A stretch of DNA of 64,000 bases from a candidate division WOR-3 bacterium (GCA_965649295.1 CBFGKH010000006.1:64001-128000); one strand, 5' to 3'. Numbered from the stretch's first letter, positions 38,105-50,071 are shown. Translations and numbers: made by a program. The notes: a model not told the origin generated them from the sequence alone.

Positions 38105-39886
38105 CTAATTGCCCAGCGGGTCGCGGAAGTCGCGAATATCCTCTTCCTTGACCAGCGCCTGGATGATGTTCTGGCCAACCTGCTCCCGCCGCTGCTGTGA
38201 CCAACCATCAGCAGTCAGAGTCGGTGGCTCGACTGCGGTCCGTTCATCGCAGCGAATTATGAACGCGCCCCAACCGGTCTCGAGCACACCATACTTATCA
38301 CCCGGTGCCAGCGCCGCCACAACGCCGCCAAATTCTGCGCCCTTGCGCCGCGTCGCATCAGTCAAACCCACAAACTCTTCGGTTACGAGCTCCACACCCG
38401 GGTTTTCTGCCGCATACTGCTCCAGCGTCTTGCCCGCTCGGATCTGAACCAGCGCCGACTCAGCCTTGGCCTTCCAAACTTCCTTTTCTCGTTCCTGTCG
38501 CACCCGCCAAATTGCTGCCGGCTTCACTTTGTCAAAGGGTTGGTACCCGGCTGGCTGTATCTCCTGCAGGTTGAAAATCATGAATCCCTGCGGCCCGCGC
38601 AGCGGCCGATCAAACGTGGCACCAGCCCGGGCGGTCTTTGCCCAGTCTATCAATTGACCGGAGCCTTCGATATTCATCCCCCCGATATTCAGCTCGCGAT
38701 CAACCATCGGTCGGAACCGCATCACTTGCAGCCCATGCCGAGCCGCAACCGAGTCGAAGCTACCGCGGGCTGCCGATTCGGCAATGGCGATTGCCGAGTC
38801 ACGCAACGTTGCCAGGGCCTCGCCAGACCCTTTCACACGAATGAGGATTCGGCGATAACCGAATGTGTCCTTCCGCACGCTGTCAAGCCGGACTATCTCC
38901 CAGCCCTGGCGCGACAGAAATGGTTCGGAAAAGCTACCCGGCTTCAGTCGCGAAAGCACCGTATCGGTCTTGGGATCGAGCCGACTCCGGGCGACCCAGA
39001 GTCCGGTAGTTTCTGGCTCAAGGTCACTGAAGTCGAGCATCGTCAGATTGAAATCCTCACCAGCCTGAAGCTGAGCATAGGCGCGGCCGATGGCCTCGAT
39101 TGCAGCCTGCGAATCACTGGCGGTTATCGTCACCGGCAGCAGAACATAGCGAAGCTGCCGCACTTCCTTGGTCTTGTAGTCATCTTTGTGCCGCTGATAG
39201 TAGGCCTTGGCCTCCTCTTCGGTTGGCTCAGGCAATCCTTGGGCCAGACTGGCACCAAAGAAAAGTGAGGTCACTTTCCAGCGTGTGTTCGCCCAAGTCA
39301 GAGCATCTTGGACCTCGGCATTGGTGACTCGATAGGCACTACCAGCATCAATGCGGAACTTCTCCTTGGGCAGCATCTCGACCAGATCCTGGAAGTAACG
39401 GGAGAAGAAAGCCCGGTTCTCGGGCGCGTTCATCAGTTGCAGGTACTTCTCCTGATCGAAGCGTCCGTCCTTATATAGGCTGGTGTCGTTCCGCAGCTGC
39501 TCAGGCGGATTGGCCTTCATAATCTCGAAAACCTCTTCCTGAGTCACTCGGATATTGCCCTCGCGAAACACCCGTGCCCAGGTCAGCTCGTTGGTGAGAT
39601 AACGCCAGGTCTGCTGTTCGATCGCAGCATAGTCCTCGTTCGACAAATCACGCAGTTTATTGTCCTGGCGATACTTATTGGTCATATAGGCCAGGGCGTT
39701 GCGGTATTCCTCGAAGCTGATAACGTGCTTGCCGACCCGACCAACGTGGCTGTAGTCACGCCGGCCCCGGCTCTGCCCGCGTGAACCAATCATTCGCCAG
39801 AGTTCACCGGCCAGAAACCCAAGCACAAAAGTAACCGCCACAACAATCATGATAATGCGGACGCGCTTGCGCATTGTACTCAACAT
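38105..39886 (-). CDS. SurA/PpiD-like membrane-anchored peptidyl-prolyl isomerase/chaperone
   Basis: MLSTMRKR + TM, VGRVGKHVISFEEY, PTEEEAKAYY, rotamase-like segments (LKPGSFSEPF, ETGWGAFIIR). Confidence 0.85.
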   Translation of the reverse strand: MLSTMRKRVRIIMIVVAVTFVLGFLAGELWRMIGSRGQSRGRRDYSHVGRVGKHVISFEEYRNALAYMTNKYRQDNKLRDLSNEDYAAIEQQTWRYLTNELTWARVFREGNIRVTQEEVFEIMKANPPEQLRNDTSLYKDGRFDQEKYLQLMNAPENRAFFSRYFQDLVEMLPKEKFRIDAGSAYRVTNAEVQDALTWANTRWKVTSLFFGASLAQGLPEPTEEEAKAYYQRHKDDYKTKEVRQLRYVLLPVTITASDSQAAIEAIGRAYAQLQAGEDFNLTMLDFSDLEPETTGLWVARSRLDPKTDTVLSRLKPGSFSEPFLSRQGWEIVRLDSVRKDTFGYRRILIRVKGSGEALATLRDSAIAIAESAARGSFDSVAARHGLQVMRFRPMVDRELNIGGMNIEGSGQLIDWAKTARAGATFDRPLRGPQGFMIFNLQEIQPAGYQPFDKVKPAAIWRVRQEREKEVWKAKAESALVQIRAGKTLEQYAAENPGVELVTEEFVGLTDATRRKGAEFGGVVAALAPGDKYGVLETGWGAFIIRCDERTAVEPPTLTADGWSQQRREQVGQNIIQALVKEEDIRDFRDPLGN

Positions 39887-40001
39887 AGCCGTCAATTGTA
39901 TCGAGCCAGTTCGCCAAGTCAAATATCCGGAAATCTGTTCGCGGCGCTTGTCACCCCTCTTCGCCTTGACTCCCCCTCTTCGGGCTCTATCATCGAAACC
40001 G

Positions 40002-41414
40002 GTGAAGTGGCTCATTCTTGGCCACACCCGACCACCATCGAGCCGGCTGCTACTTGCCGGAATGGTTCTGTTCGTCCTCCTTTTTGCTCTCTTCTATCCT
40101 TCGACTTTTGCCATCGTTGATGAAGATACCTACCTCACTGGCGCTCTACTCTTTCGCTCCGGCCGGCTCACCTTCGAAGGCTCAGCGATTCCGCCGCCCC
40201 ATCAATCGGTCGAGCATAACGGTCGAATAGCAAGCAAGTATCCGCCCGGTAATTCGCTCTTCTTGCTACCGTTTTTGCTTATCAACTGGCGTGCGGCCTT
40301 CGTCTCCGGCCTCTTGCTGGCGCTGATCAGCACCCTGCTGCTACGAGCATGCCTAGTCAAATTCGACCCAGCAGCAGACCCCAACCTGGCCCTGCTCTGG
40401 CTCTTCTATCCGGCAGTCACACTCTATTCGCGGACACTGATGAGCGATCTCCTTTCGGCCACACTGATTCTCGGCGCCCTCTATCTCCTGGTCTCTCGCC
40501 GTTTCCTGCTCACCGGTGTCCTGCTGGGCGCCGCCTGTCTCGTGCGCTACGCAAATGCGATTGTTGTCCCGATTTTTCTGCTGTTGCTGCCGGCTGAGCG
40601 CCGCACTCGCAGTGCAGTAGCGCTGCTTACCGGTTTCCTACCCTTTGTCGCAGCAATCCTCTTCTATAACAATTACGTCTTCGGTGGCCCATTCCAGTTC
40701 CCCATGTACCTGACCGGCTTCTTCTCACCGGTATTCTTTCCCAAGAACGCCAGCATCTACGCAGTCAATCTGCTTCTCTGTTACCCCGGAATGCTTGTTG
40801 CTCCCCTACTCGTCGGCCCTGGTCACCGCCGGCTGCTCTTGCTACCCGGCCTGGCGCTGCTGCTTCCCTACTGTTTTTTCTCGTTCGTCTATGAAGGTGG
40901 GCTGACTGAGCGGCTGACCATCGGTATGCGTTACCTACTGCCCGCGCTGCCGTTCTTTGTCCTAGCGTTTGCCTTGGTCACTGACCGATTGCTCCGGCAG
41001 TTTCGTGGAACAGCGGTGCTGAAGTATCTGCTCATCAGCCTTACTGTAGCTGCCAGTATCATTATCTCCTACCGGCACAGCCGTTATCTTCAGGTACAGA
41101 CAGCCTATCGTAATCGGCTTTACCGCCAGCTGCCGGCTGACGGACTGCTGTTAGCCAATCCGGATGCGTCCGAGCTGATTAGTCCAGTCTGGGGGGTGCG
41201 GCGTTATCAGCACTATGTCGAATTCAACGTTCCGATGCTTTCTCAGGACGTTGACACCTTGCCCCTTTATGGCACCTTGCTTGAGAAGCCCGGTGATACT
41301 CAGTTTGCTGAACGTGCTGCCTTCTTTGCCCTGCTCAGTCGCTATCCGAATCGGGTCCTACTCGATTCGACAATGACGCCATACCGGTTCTGGCTATACC
41401 GGCTTATCCGGTAG
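40002..41414 (+). CDS. Multi-pass membrane glycosyltransferase (GT-C/ArnT-like)
   Basis: VDEDTY after TM1, SKYPPG, LMSD, RYLLPALP; start uncertain (40002 GTG or 40062 ATG). Confidence 0.65.
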   Translation: MKWLILGHTRPPSSRLLLAGMVLFVLLFALFYPSTFAIVDEDTYLTGALLFRSGRLTFEGSAIPPPHQSVEHNGRIASKYPPGNSLFLLPFLLINWRAAFVSGLLLALISTLLLRACLVKFDPAADPNLALLWLFYPAVTLYSRTLMSDLLSATLILGALYLLVSRRFLLTGVLLGAACLVRYANAIVVPIFLLLLPAERRTRSAVALLTGFLPFVAAILFYNNYVFGGPFQFPMYLTGFFSPVFFPKNASIYAVNLLLCYPGMLVAPLLVGPGHRRLLLLPGLALLLPYCFFSFVYEGGLTERLTIGMRYLLPALPFFVLAFALVTDRLLRQFRGTAVLKYLLISLTVAASIIISYRHSRYLQVQTAYRNRLYRQLPADGLLLANPDASELISPVWGVRRYQHYVEFNVPMLSQDVDTLPLYGTLLEKPGDTQFAERAAFFALLSRYPNRVLLDSTMTPYRFWLYRLIR

Positions 41415-41440
41415 CTCTGACTAGTGTCCGTGACTACCGG

Positions 41441-44400
41441 TCAGGTTTGGCTTTGAACCGCTAACCGAAAGACCACCTGCACCGCTGGCCTGCCCCGCCA
41501 GGTAAACGGCGCTGGCACCACTGCTAGCTCGATGCTGGTTCTGTCTTTACGTAGGAATCGTTCTACTGCCGGTTCAACCGGCTTGCCACCAGTGATAATT
41601 CGCTGCATCCGAGCGAGAATCGCTGGTCGGTCTTCTACCGGTATAAAGTCCACGACAGCCTGACCGACCATTTCGTTTGGCCCAGCGTACCCCAGCAATT
41701 GAGCCGCGACGAGATTGGCCAAGACTATCCGGCCGTCCTGGTGGACGACAATTCCCTCTGGTGACAGCTCAACCAGTCGCCGGAACGCCTCCTCCTGCTC
41801 GCGTTCCTGCTGCTCAGCCTGCTTGCAGGCAGTGATGTCTCGGAACACCACCTGGACCGCTGGCCGGCCCCGCCAGACCGTTGGCGCATTGATGACTTCG
41901 ACCGTAACCAGACTGCCATCCTTGCGCACGAAGTTCTCCTCTATCGGCTCACCAGCCTGACCGGTCTTCAAGGCCTGCTGCACACGAGCCGCAACCAGGG
42001 GCCGGCTTGCCGGCGCGACAAAATCCATCACCGACCGGCCAATCGCCTCACTCGGGTCAGCGTAACCAAGTATCCGGGCTGCTGCCTGATTGGCCAGCAC
42101 CACCTTACCGTCCTGATGGACGGCCATACCATCGGGGAGTAGCTCAATGAGCCGCCGAAATTGCTCTTCGCTCTCGCGCAACTGCCGCTCGATTCGCTTC
42201 CGTTCCGAAATGTCCCGGCCAACCCCCAGCACGCCAATAATCCGCTCGCCGTCACGCAGCGGCGCCGCATGCATCTCCAGTTCCACCAGTCGACCATCCT
42301 CAGCTCGATAGGATAGCTCATAAGGCGCAGGTGGCTCGCCGCGCAGGGCAGCGGCAAACTGCTGCTCGGCAACCGTCCGATACTCAGGCAGTACCACATC
42401 AGCATGATACCGGCCAATCCACCACTCTCGTGGCCGTCCGGAGCGACGCACCACTACATCATTGACGGCCGTGATGCGGCCCTGCGTGTCCGCAGTGGTA
42501 ATGCCGTCACGAATGCTGGCAAGCAACGCCCGATACCTTGCCTCGGACTGCTCTAAGGCCCGCAGTATCCGAACGCGTTCGGTCGTATCGCGCAAAGTGA
42601 TAATCAGGGCCTGCCGACCGTGCCAATGGGTCGGCCCAACCGTCACCTCAACCGGCAGTATTGTCCCGTCAGCTCGGCGAATCTCGATGTCATAACGATT
42701 GGGTGCATCTTCGCCAGCCTGGCGCCGACTGGTGTACTCATCAAGCCGGGCTAGTGAACTGGCCGTGACCAGCTCGCTGACCCGCTTCCGCTGTAGCTCC
42801 TCGGTCGTCATGCCAAACAACTCTGCTGCCCGGCGATTGACATAGAGATTCGGACTGTCAGCAGCAAAGTCACCAATAAGAATCGCATCGCCCGAGTTCT
42901 CGGCCAGTGCCCGGAAGTCGGCTTCCTGTTCAGCGAGACGCTGCTGCGCCAGCTTGCTTTCGGTGATGTCTTCAACCGTGCCCTCGTAATAACGGACCCG
43001 GCCCTGCTCGTCTCTTACGACTCGGGCATTCTCGCGCACGTAGATCTTCCGCCCATCGCGACAGACCCAGATCGACTCTAGCCCCCGTACCTCACCATCG
43101 CGCTCAATCACTTCCTTGAACCGCTGCCGCGGATAGCTCGGCTCGTATCCTTCCTTTTCCAAGTCGCGGGCAATGAACTCGGCATACGAAGTGTATCCCA
43201 GCATCTCCATCAACCGCGGATTGGCCATCAGAATCTTGCCGTCCGGCGTTGTCCGGTAAATACCAATCGGCGAATTGTGAAAGAGTTCTCGATAACGCTG
43301 CCGGCTTTCGGCCAGCTCGCGCAGGTCCCGTTTTCGCTCAGTGATATCCTGAATCGAAGCGACGCTCCGGCCCGTTCCCGGAATCATGTCAATGGTCAGC
43401 AGACAGTCTCGCACGTGGCCGTGCCGGTCAACCAGTCGGAACTCGTAATGCCGCGGCGCCGCCGCGGCGTCAATTCGGCGCAACCGGTGATACTCCCGCA
43501 TCCGCGGCAGGTCCTCGGGATGGACAAACTCCGTCCAACTCCGACCGGTCACCTCATCAATCCCATAACCAAAGAGCCGGGTGAACTCCTGATTCACCAG
43601 TGAGATGGTCGTATCTTCTTCGATGATGATTGTGGCCAGGCCGGTAGTCTCGAAAACCGCCCGATACCGCGCCTCCGACTCCCGCAACCGCCGTTCAGCC
43701 TGCTGCCGTTCGCTGATATCGCGAATCGAAGTCAACACCAACCTCTCGCCCTGCTCAGCATCAAAAATCGTCGCCACCAACTCGACGCTGATTGGTGTCC
43801 CGTCCTTGCGGATATTCGTCACCTCAGCCTGAAACCGGCCCTTTGACAATATCGTATTCCGCACCCCTGGCAGCCAGGCTCTAGTCTCCTCTGTGACGAT
43901 ATCCTCAACCCGCAAGGCCAGCAGTTCTGACCGCGTGTAACCGAGCATCCGACAGGCATTCTCATTGGCATCAACAATCCGGCCGTCCAATGTTTCAAGA
44001 AACAGTCCATCGCTCGCTGACTCAAATATGCGGCGATAGCGGCTCTCCGACGCCCGCACTCGTGCCAACGCCTGCTCACGCTCGGTGATGTCGCGGGTGA
44101 TTGACACAATCCGGCGCTGCCCATTGATGACCGACGATACCGCGAGCAGTTCAACAACCAGCTCCCGACCGTCCTTACGCAGCATCTTCAGCCTTCCCGA
44201 AACTGGCTGTCCCCTGGCCAGCCTCTCCATCGCTGCCACCGCCTCAGTCCGACTCTTTGGGGCCACGACATCAATCAGGTTCATCTGCCGGACTTCATCC
44301 GTGGTGTAGCCGTAAAGCTGCTGGCAGGCCGGATTGACTTCGAGCACCCGGCCCTCGGCATCAGCAATCGCGACCGCATCGGAGGTGTTCTCAAACAGCA

Positions 44401-44824
44401 GCCGATAGCGCGCCTCTGACTCACGCACCGCTTCCTCAGCCCGCCAGAACTCGGTCACATCCCGGCAGACAAACACAACCCCAGCCGGCTTGCCCGCAGC
44501 ATCGCGACCAGCAGTGCCGAAGACATACAGCGCTACTCGCTGTCCTGAGCTGCTTTGGCAATCAATGCCAGCAGCAAAATCGCGGCCAGCGAGAATCTTC
44601 TCCAGCTGTGGTCCGTCCGCGGCCCCAAACGGCGGCAGCAATGTCACGAGCTCCTGTCCCAATGCCTGCTCCGCAGTAAAGCCCAACACCTGTGCGGCCA
44701 GGTCATTCCAGAACAGAATCCGGCCTGACCGGTCAACGGCAAAGACGATGTCATCCGACTGAATAGTCGTATCGATTGTGAACGGAAGTTCTGGTCTCAT
44801 CGCCGTTGTCCTAGCATCAGTCAA
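41441..44824 (-). CDS. Nine-PAS-domain protein with no recognisable output domain
   Basis: Tandem PAS/PAC units, eight ending in DITE-like motifs and linked by ESExRYR helices; start may be ATG 44800. Confidence 0.88.
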   Translation of the reverse strand: MTDARTTAMRPELPFTIDTTIQSDDIVFAVDRSGRILFWNDLAAQVLGFTAEQALGQELVTLLPPFGAADGPQLEKILAGRDFAAGIDCQSSSGQRVALYVFGTAGRDAAGKPAGVVFVCRDVTEFWRAEEAVRESEARYRLLFENTSDAVAIADAEGRVLEVNPACQQLYGYTTDEVRQMNLIDVVAPKSRTEAVAAMERLARGQPVSGRLKMLRKDGRELVVELLAVSSVINGQRRIVSITRDITEREQALARVRASESRYRRIFESASDGLFLETLDGRIVDANENACRMLGYTRSELLALRVEDIVTEETRAWLPGVRNTILSKGRFQAEVTNIRKDGTPISVELVATIFDAEQGERLVLTSIRDISERQQAERRLRESEARYRAVFETTGLATIIIEEDTTISLVNQEFTRLFGYGIDEVTGRSWTEFVHPEDLPRMREYHRLRRIDAAAAPRHYEFRLVDRHGHVRDCLLTIDMIPGTGRSVASIQDITERKRDLRELAESRQRYRELFHNSPIGIYRTTPDGKILMANPRLMEMLGYTSYAEFIARDLEKEGYEPSYPRQRFKEVIERDGEVRGLESIWVCRDGRKIYVRENARVVRDEQGRVRYYEGTVEDITESKLAQQRLAEQEADFRALAENSGDAILIGDFAADSPNLYVNRRAAELFGMTTEELQRKRVSELVTASSLARLDEYTSRRQAGEDAPNRYDIEIRRADGTILPVEVTVGPTHWHGRQALIITLRDTTERVRILRALEQSEARYRALLASIRDGITTADTQGRITAVNDVVVRRSGRPREWWIGRYHADVVLPEYRTVAEQQFAAALRGEPPAPYELSYRAEDGRLVELEMHAAPLRDGERIIGVLGVGRDISERKRIERQLRESEEQFRRLIELLPDGMAVHQDGKVVLANQAAARILGYADPSEAIGRSVMDFVAPASRPLVAARVQQALKTGQAGEPIEENFVRKDGSLVTVEVINAPTVWRGRPAVQVVFRDITACKQAEQQEREQEEAFRRLVELSPEGIVVHQDGRIVLANLVAAQLLGYAGPNEMVGQAVVDFIPVEDRPAILARMQRIITGGKPVEPAVERFLRKDRTSIELAVVPAPFTWRGRPAVQVVFRLAVQSQT

Positions 44825-45102
44825 CCGGCTAGTCCGGTGCCCCCTGCTGACGGCTAGGGCCCTGTGGGCAAACCGTCAAGAACCCAAAGCAGGACACAAG
44901 CACTGACCTATGGTAGTCCCCGTGCAACTACTGTCAAGAGCCAATCACCTCCAGCCGTTAGAAAAGTTGAGCCTGCGGCTTGCCGGCCGCAGGCTCTAAT
45001 CCTCTTGTCACCCCGAACCCGCCACCGACCTCTTCCATTGCAATCTATGTGCCTCGAATCGGCATTCGGGCTGACAGCCCTAACATCCTCGGCACCAGTG
45101 CT

Positions 45103-45888
45103 TTACGCGTCAGGCGCTTGGGAGGACCGATGCTCTGCGCCGCGATTTGCAGCAGGTCTCGGCGCAGTATTCAGCAATGGTTCAATAGGCTGAGGCGACT
45201 CTTCCTTGCTTTGCACCACTATATGGAACAGGTCACGAAGGTCTGATATCAGAAAGTCGGGGTGGAGCGAAACCAAAAACCAAGCTGGCCGAAACCCATA
45301 CGTCACTCCGCACGTCGCTGTGCCAGCTGCCTTGCCTGCCTCAATGTCAAGCTCTGAGTCTCCAACCATAATCGCCGACTCTGGTCCAAATCCAAGCCGA
45401 GTCAGTGCCGCAAGCACCGGTTCAGGATGAGGCTTGTGCTGCCGACCTTCCTGCCAGCCATGAACATAGTCAAAGTAGTGGGATAGGCCGCACGCCCGCA
45501 CCGTGAAATCAGCCTGATGCTGATGCTTGGTCGTCACCAGGGCCAATCTTGCTCCTGCCTCCCTCAACGCCGCCAGCGTCTCAGCCACGCCCGAGTACAG
45601 TTTTGTGTGCTCGTTGAAATGCTCGGCGTAGTGAAGCCGGTAGGTTTCGACGAACTTCTCAGTATTCGCCGGGTCCGACGGATAGCCCAGCTCGCGCAGA
45701 ATGACCTCGAGTGGCTTGCCGACCTGCACCAGAATATCTTCGCCCTCTGGTAACTCCCGCTCTGGCGCCACCTGCCGCAGGGCAAAATGGACCGAATTGA
45801 CCAGATCAACCGCCGAGTCAATCAGCGTTCCATCGAGGTCGAAGAGTACCGCCGGATAGCGCAACACTGGCTCCGATTCTAGTCCCAT
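45103..45888 (-). CDS. HAD-IA hydrolase (phosphoglycolate phosphatase/PpaX-like)
   Basis: FDLDGTL, LVTTK, KPHPEP, MVGDSELD; true start may be GTG 45867. Confidence 0.9.
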   Translation of the reverse strand: MGLESEPVLRYPAVLFDLDGTLIDSAVDLVNSVHFALRQVAPERELPEGEDILVQVGKPLEVILRELGYPSDPANTEKFVETYRLHYAEHFNEHTKLYSGVAETLAALREAGARLALVTTKHQHQADFTVRACGLSHYFDYVHGWQEGRQHKPHPEPVLAALTRLGFGPESAIMVGDSELDIEAGKAAGTATCGVTYGFRPAWFLVSLHPDFLISDLRDLFHIVVQSKEESPQPIEPLLNTAPRPAANRGAEHRSSQAPDA

Positions 45889-46415
45889 TCTGCCACTCTG
45901 TCCAAGGCGGCAGTCCTAGCCGGTAGTGGGTCCCTAACGAGCTCAACAAGCAGCCCTACCTGTTGCTAGCCCCGCTCACTGCGCGACCGTTGCACTCACT
46001 GCTCCGGCTGCCCATCGGCCAATAGCTGCTATCACTTACTGACCAGGAGCCGAGCAAACCGAGCATCATTCAGCTCTCCTCGGAGTCTTCCCAGCAGCCT
46101 GACTGGCAGACCACCCAACTTAGCAAATGGCTGCCTACCCAGCCTCCTTAGCAATAAACCGTGGGACCGTCCCCGGGACGCCCTGGAATAGATTGACGCT
46201 TACTCCTATCTTGTTGGTAGTTATAGAGTTATGCCATTTGCTCTGCTGCCACCATTTGTCCTAACTCTATACTTCGGCTGCTGGGCGATGCCCAAGAACT
46301 ACCATTCCGACGAGCAACTGACTGGCGCTAGCAACGTGCGCCCGCCCGTGGCCAACTGAGGTTTTTACGGACTGTGAGCCGGGTTTTCGGCTGCTGCTTG
46401 AGGACTTTCGAACCC

Positions 46416-47837
46416 CTAGCCGTTCTTCTCGCTTCGGTCCTTGCTCTCAGCTCGGTAATACTTGTCCAGATTCGAGTCGCGGACACGCTTCAGCTCTGAC
46501 CGCGGAAACATCCCCAGTAGCTCCCAACCAAGATCAAGGGTCTGCTCGATGGTCCGGTTCTCTGTCTCGGCCTGGGCAACGTAGCGTTCCTCGAACTCCC
46601 GGGCAAACCGGAGATAGACCTTGTCCATCTCTGAAAGCGCGGCCTCGCCGAGAATCACTTCGAGTTCCTCAGCCTCCTTGCCCCGAGCATAGGCAGCATA
46701 GAGCTGGTTGAACAGATCAGCATGGTCCTCGCGGGTCTTGCCAGCGCCGATACCCTTGTCCTTCAACCGAGAAAGTGACGGCAGGACATCAATCGGCGGC
46801 ACAAGCTTACGTCGGTGTAGGCCGCGCGAGAGGATAATCTGCCCCTCGGTGATGTAGCCGGTCAGGTCCGGAATCGGGTGTGTCTTATCATCCTCAGGCA
46901 TTGTCAGCACCGGCATCATCGTTATCGAGCCAGGCCGACCCTTGATGCGGCCACACCGTTCGTAGATGCTCGAAAGGTCGGTATAAAGATAGCCCGGAAA
47001 GCCGCGGCGACCTGGAATCTCCTTGCGGGCAGCCGATATCTCGCGCAGGGCCTCGCAGTAGTTAGTCATGTCGGTCAGCACGACCAGCACGTGCATCCCT
47101 AGGTCGAAAGCAAGATACTCGGCGGCAGTAAGTGCGGTACGCGGCGTCGCAATCCGTTCAATGGCCGGCTCGTTGGCAAGGTTGAGAAAGAGTACCGTCC
47201 GCTCGATAGCATTCGATTCGGTGAAGTCATTGATAAAGAACTCCGCCTCTTCGAAGGTGATACCCATCGCTCCGAACACCACCGCAAACCGGCTGTCAGA
47301 CTTGTCTGTTCCGTCCGACTTCTGCAGCACCGTCGCCTGTCTGACAATCTGCGCTGCCAACCGGTTATGGGGCAGTCCTGAACCCGAGAAGATGGGCAGT
47401 TTCTGGCCCCGCACCAACGTGTTCAGGCCGTCAATTGCCGATACCCCGGTCTGAATAAACTCGTTCGGATACTCCCGGGCATAAGGATTGATTGGCGCAC
47501 CATTGATATCCGCCCGTTTGGCAGGAATGATTGACGGCCCGCCATCCCGCGGACTACCCAACCCGTCAAACACGCGGCCGAGAATCTCCGGGCTGAGGTC
47601 AACCGTGATGCCCCGCCCCAAAAACCGCACCGTGGTGGTCGGCAGGTCAATACCGGTCGTGCCCTCGAAGACCTGCACCAGTGCTCGGTCACCGTCAACC
47701 AACAGCACCTGACCCCGCCGCCGCTCGCCGTTAGCTAGTGTTATCTGCACTAGCTCCTGAAACTTGACACCTTCGACTCCTTCAACCAACAACAGCGGTC
47801 CGGCAATCGAGACAACAGTCTGGTATTCTCTAATCAC
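46416..47837 (-). CDS. ntpB: V/A-type ATP synthase subunit B
   Basis: [59 protein letters not shown]. Confidence 0.97.
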   Translation of the reverse strand: MIREYQTVVSIAGPLLLVEGVEGVKFQELVQITLANGERRRGQVLLVDGDRALVQVFEGTTGIDLPTTTVRFLGRGITVDLSPEILGRVFDGLGSPRDGGPSIIPAKRADINGAPINPYAREYPNEFIQTGVSAIDGLNTLVRGQKLPIFSGSGLPHNRLAAQIVRQATVLQKSDGTDKSDSRFAVVFGAMGITFEEAEFFINDFTESNAIERTVLFLNLANEPAIERIATPRTALTAAEYLAFDLGMHVLVVLTDMTNYCEALREISAARKEIPGRRGFPGYLYTDLSSIYERCGRIKGRPGSITMMPVLTMPEDDKTHPIPDLTGYITEGQIILSRGLHRRKLVPPIDVLPSLSRLKDKGIGAGKTREDHADLFNQLYAAYARGKEAEELEVILGEAALSEMDKVYLRFAREFEERYVAQAETENRTIEQTLDLGWELLGMFPRSELKRVRDSNLDKYYRAESKDRSEKNG

Positions 47838-49672
47838 GCGCCACCTCCGGTCGCATCCTGCCCGGACGCCTCGGTATCAGGCGTCAGCGCTGCCAGCTCC
47901 TGTTCAAGCTCGGCCCGCACTGCGGCAATACCGGCCGCCATCTCCGCCTCGGTCAGATACTTCATCCGGGCAATCCGTTCCCTTACCGGCAACCGCTCGA
48001 TTGCCGCAATGTCGGCACCGCGCTCTAGGGCCACTTTGCCCTGCCGATAGTAGTGAAGAATGCAGCCGAGCATTGCCGCCTGCTTGGCAAGCGACGTGTA
48101 GGTGTCAACCTCATGGAATGCATTCTGATGCAGAAAGTCCTCGCGGATTGACCGGGCGGCTTCGAGCAACAGCCGGTCCGGAGCCGAAAGAGTATCCTTC
48201 CCCACCAGCCGAACAATCTCCTCCAGCTCAGCCTCCTTCTGCAGAATCGCCAGTGCCTCGGCGGCGTCGGCCGGGAAATCTGGCGTCGTCAGCCGGGCAA
48301 AAACCGAACGCAGCGTCTCCGCATAGAGCGAGTAGGAGTTGAGCCAGGAAATTGCCGGGAAGTGGCGCTGGAACGCGAGTCGGTCTTCGAGCGACCAAAA
48401 GACCTTGACCACCCGCAATGTCGCCTGAACGACCGGATCGTTCAGGTCGCCACCGGGCGGCGAGACCGCGCCGATGACCGAAAGTGCGCCCTCTTGCTCC
48501 TGGTTCTGGGCATCCCGCCCGAGGCAGACGACCCGACCGGCCCGTTCGTAGAACTCAGCCACGCGCGTTGCCAGATACGCCGGATAACCTTCCTCGCCCG
48601 GCATCTCCTCGAGTCGGCCGGAAATCTCCCGCATGGCCTCGGCCCAGCGCGAGGTTGAGTCTGCCTGCAGCGCCACCGAGTAGCCCATGTCCCGAAAATA
48701 CTCGGCCAGCGTGATGCCGGTGTAGATTGACGCCTCACGGGCCGCCACCGGCATATTCGAGGTATTGGCAATCAGAATCGTGCGCTTCATCAGCGGCTCG
48801 CCCGACTTCGGGTCCAGCAGGTGCGGAAACTCCATTAGCACATCGGTCATCTCATTGCCCCGCTCACCGCAGCCCACAAAGATAATAATCTGGGCATCAG
48901 ACCACTTGGCGAGCTGATGCTGAATCACGGTCTTGCCCGAACCGAACGGCCCCGGCACCGCGGCGGTACCACCCTTGGCCAGCGGAAAGAACGCGTCAAT
49001 CACCCGCTGCCCGGTCACCAGTGGCTCGCCCGGCGCCAGCTTGCGGCGATAGGGCCGTGGTCGTCGCACCGGCCAGCGCTGCAGCAGCCTCAGGGTAATC
49101 TCCGACGGATTCGGGTCTTGGTCGGTCGGACTCGGCTTGATGACGGCCACGGTATCCGTTACCCGCAACCGGCCCTTGGCAATTTTGACAATCGTCCCCG
49201 CCCGCCCCGGCGGCACCATGATTCGATGCTCGACCAGCACCGTCTCCTGCACCGTCCCAATGATGTCACCCGGCTCAACCGCATCGCCCACCTGCCGCAG
49301 GGGCACAAACTCCCAGAACCGCTCGCGATCCAGTCCCGCTGCCTCAACGCCGCGGGTGATAAAGTCGCCGGCCTTCTTGACGATGACGTCAAGCGGTCGC
49401 TGCACGCCATCGTAGATTGAGCCAACCAGCCCGGGCCCAAGCTCGACCGACAACGGTTCGAAAGTCGGGTACACCGGCTCGCCCGGTCCAACTCCGCCGG
49501 TCTCCTCGTAAACCTGAATCGAGGCCCGATCACCTTCGAGTTCGATGATCTCGCCGATTAGTCGCTTGTCACTGACCCGAACCAGGTCGTACATCTTTGA
49601 CCCGGCCATCCCATCAGCCACCACCAGCGGCCCGGAAACCTTCACAATCACGCCGTTCTTTGTCTCAGCCAT
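47834..49672 (-). CDS. ntpA: V/A-type ATP synthase subunit A
   Basis: [46 protein letters not shown] before ATG 49672. Confidence 0.97.
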   Translation of the reverse strand: MAETKNGVIVKVSGPLVVADGMAGSKMYDLVRVSDKRLIGEIIELEGDRASIQVYEETGGVGPGEPVYPTFEPLSVELGPGLVGSIYDGVQRPLDVIVKKAGDFITRGVEAAGLDRERFWEFVPLRQVGDAVEPGDIIGTVQETVLVEHRIMVPPGRAGTIVKIAKGRLRVTDTVAVIKPSPTDQDPNPSEITLRLLQRWPVRRPRPYRRKLAPGEPLVTGQRVIDAFFPLAKGGTAAVPGPFGSGKTVIQHQLAKWSDAQIIIFVGCGERGNEMTDVLMEFPHLLDPKSGEPLMKRTILIANTSNMPVAAREASIYTGITLAEYFRDMGYSVALQADSTSRWAEAMREISGRLEEMPGEEGYPAYLATRVAEFYERAGRVVCLGRDAQNQEQEGALSVIGAVSPPGGDLNDPVVQATLRVVKVFWSLEDRLAFQRHFPAISWLNSYSLYAETLRSVFARLTTPDFPADAAEALAILQKEAELEEIVRLVGKDTLSAPDRLLLEAARSIREDFLHQNAFHEVDTYTSLAKQAAMLGCILHYYRQGKVALERGADIAAIERLPVRERIARMKYLTEAEMAAGIAAVRAELEQELAALTPDTEASGQDATGGGA

Positions 49673-49717
49673 CACACCTCCGCCTTCCACGCTTCGGCCC
49701 GCTGCGCTCGACTTCGC

Positions 49718-50071
49718 TCACTTCCCTGCTCCCAGCACATCAACCCCCACTGCCCGCTTGACAATCTCCCGCAACCGTCCAAACCCGGACTCGCCGCCCA
49801 TCGGCAGCATCGTCAGGCATGGCAGTGCTGACTGACGGTAACGTTCAATCAACCCGCCGAGGTACGGCTGCAGGTCAGCAGTGTAGAAAACAACCGCGCT
49901 CCCCGCATCAATCAGCCGTTGCACCTTTGTTACCGCTTCGGGCCCGGGCTCGACCGGCACGACCGTAAACCCGGCCGCAGCAAACGGTGCGACCACCGCC
50001 TCGCGCCCGACAACTGCCACCCCGAGCGCTGGCCCTGGTGAACCGGCTGGCCGCGATTCAGCATTCATCAC
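49718..50071 (-). CDS. ntpF: V/A-type ATP synthase subunit F
   Basis: VAVVG..PFAAAGF..LREIVKRAVGVD; directly before subunit A. Confidence 0.85.
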   Translation of the reverse strand: MMNAESRPAGSPGPALGVAVVGREAVVAPFAAAGFTVVPVEPGPEAVTKVQRLIDAGSAVVFYTADLQPYLGGLIERYRQSALPCLTMLPMGGESGFGRLREIVKRAVGVDVLGAGK

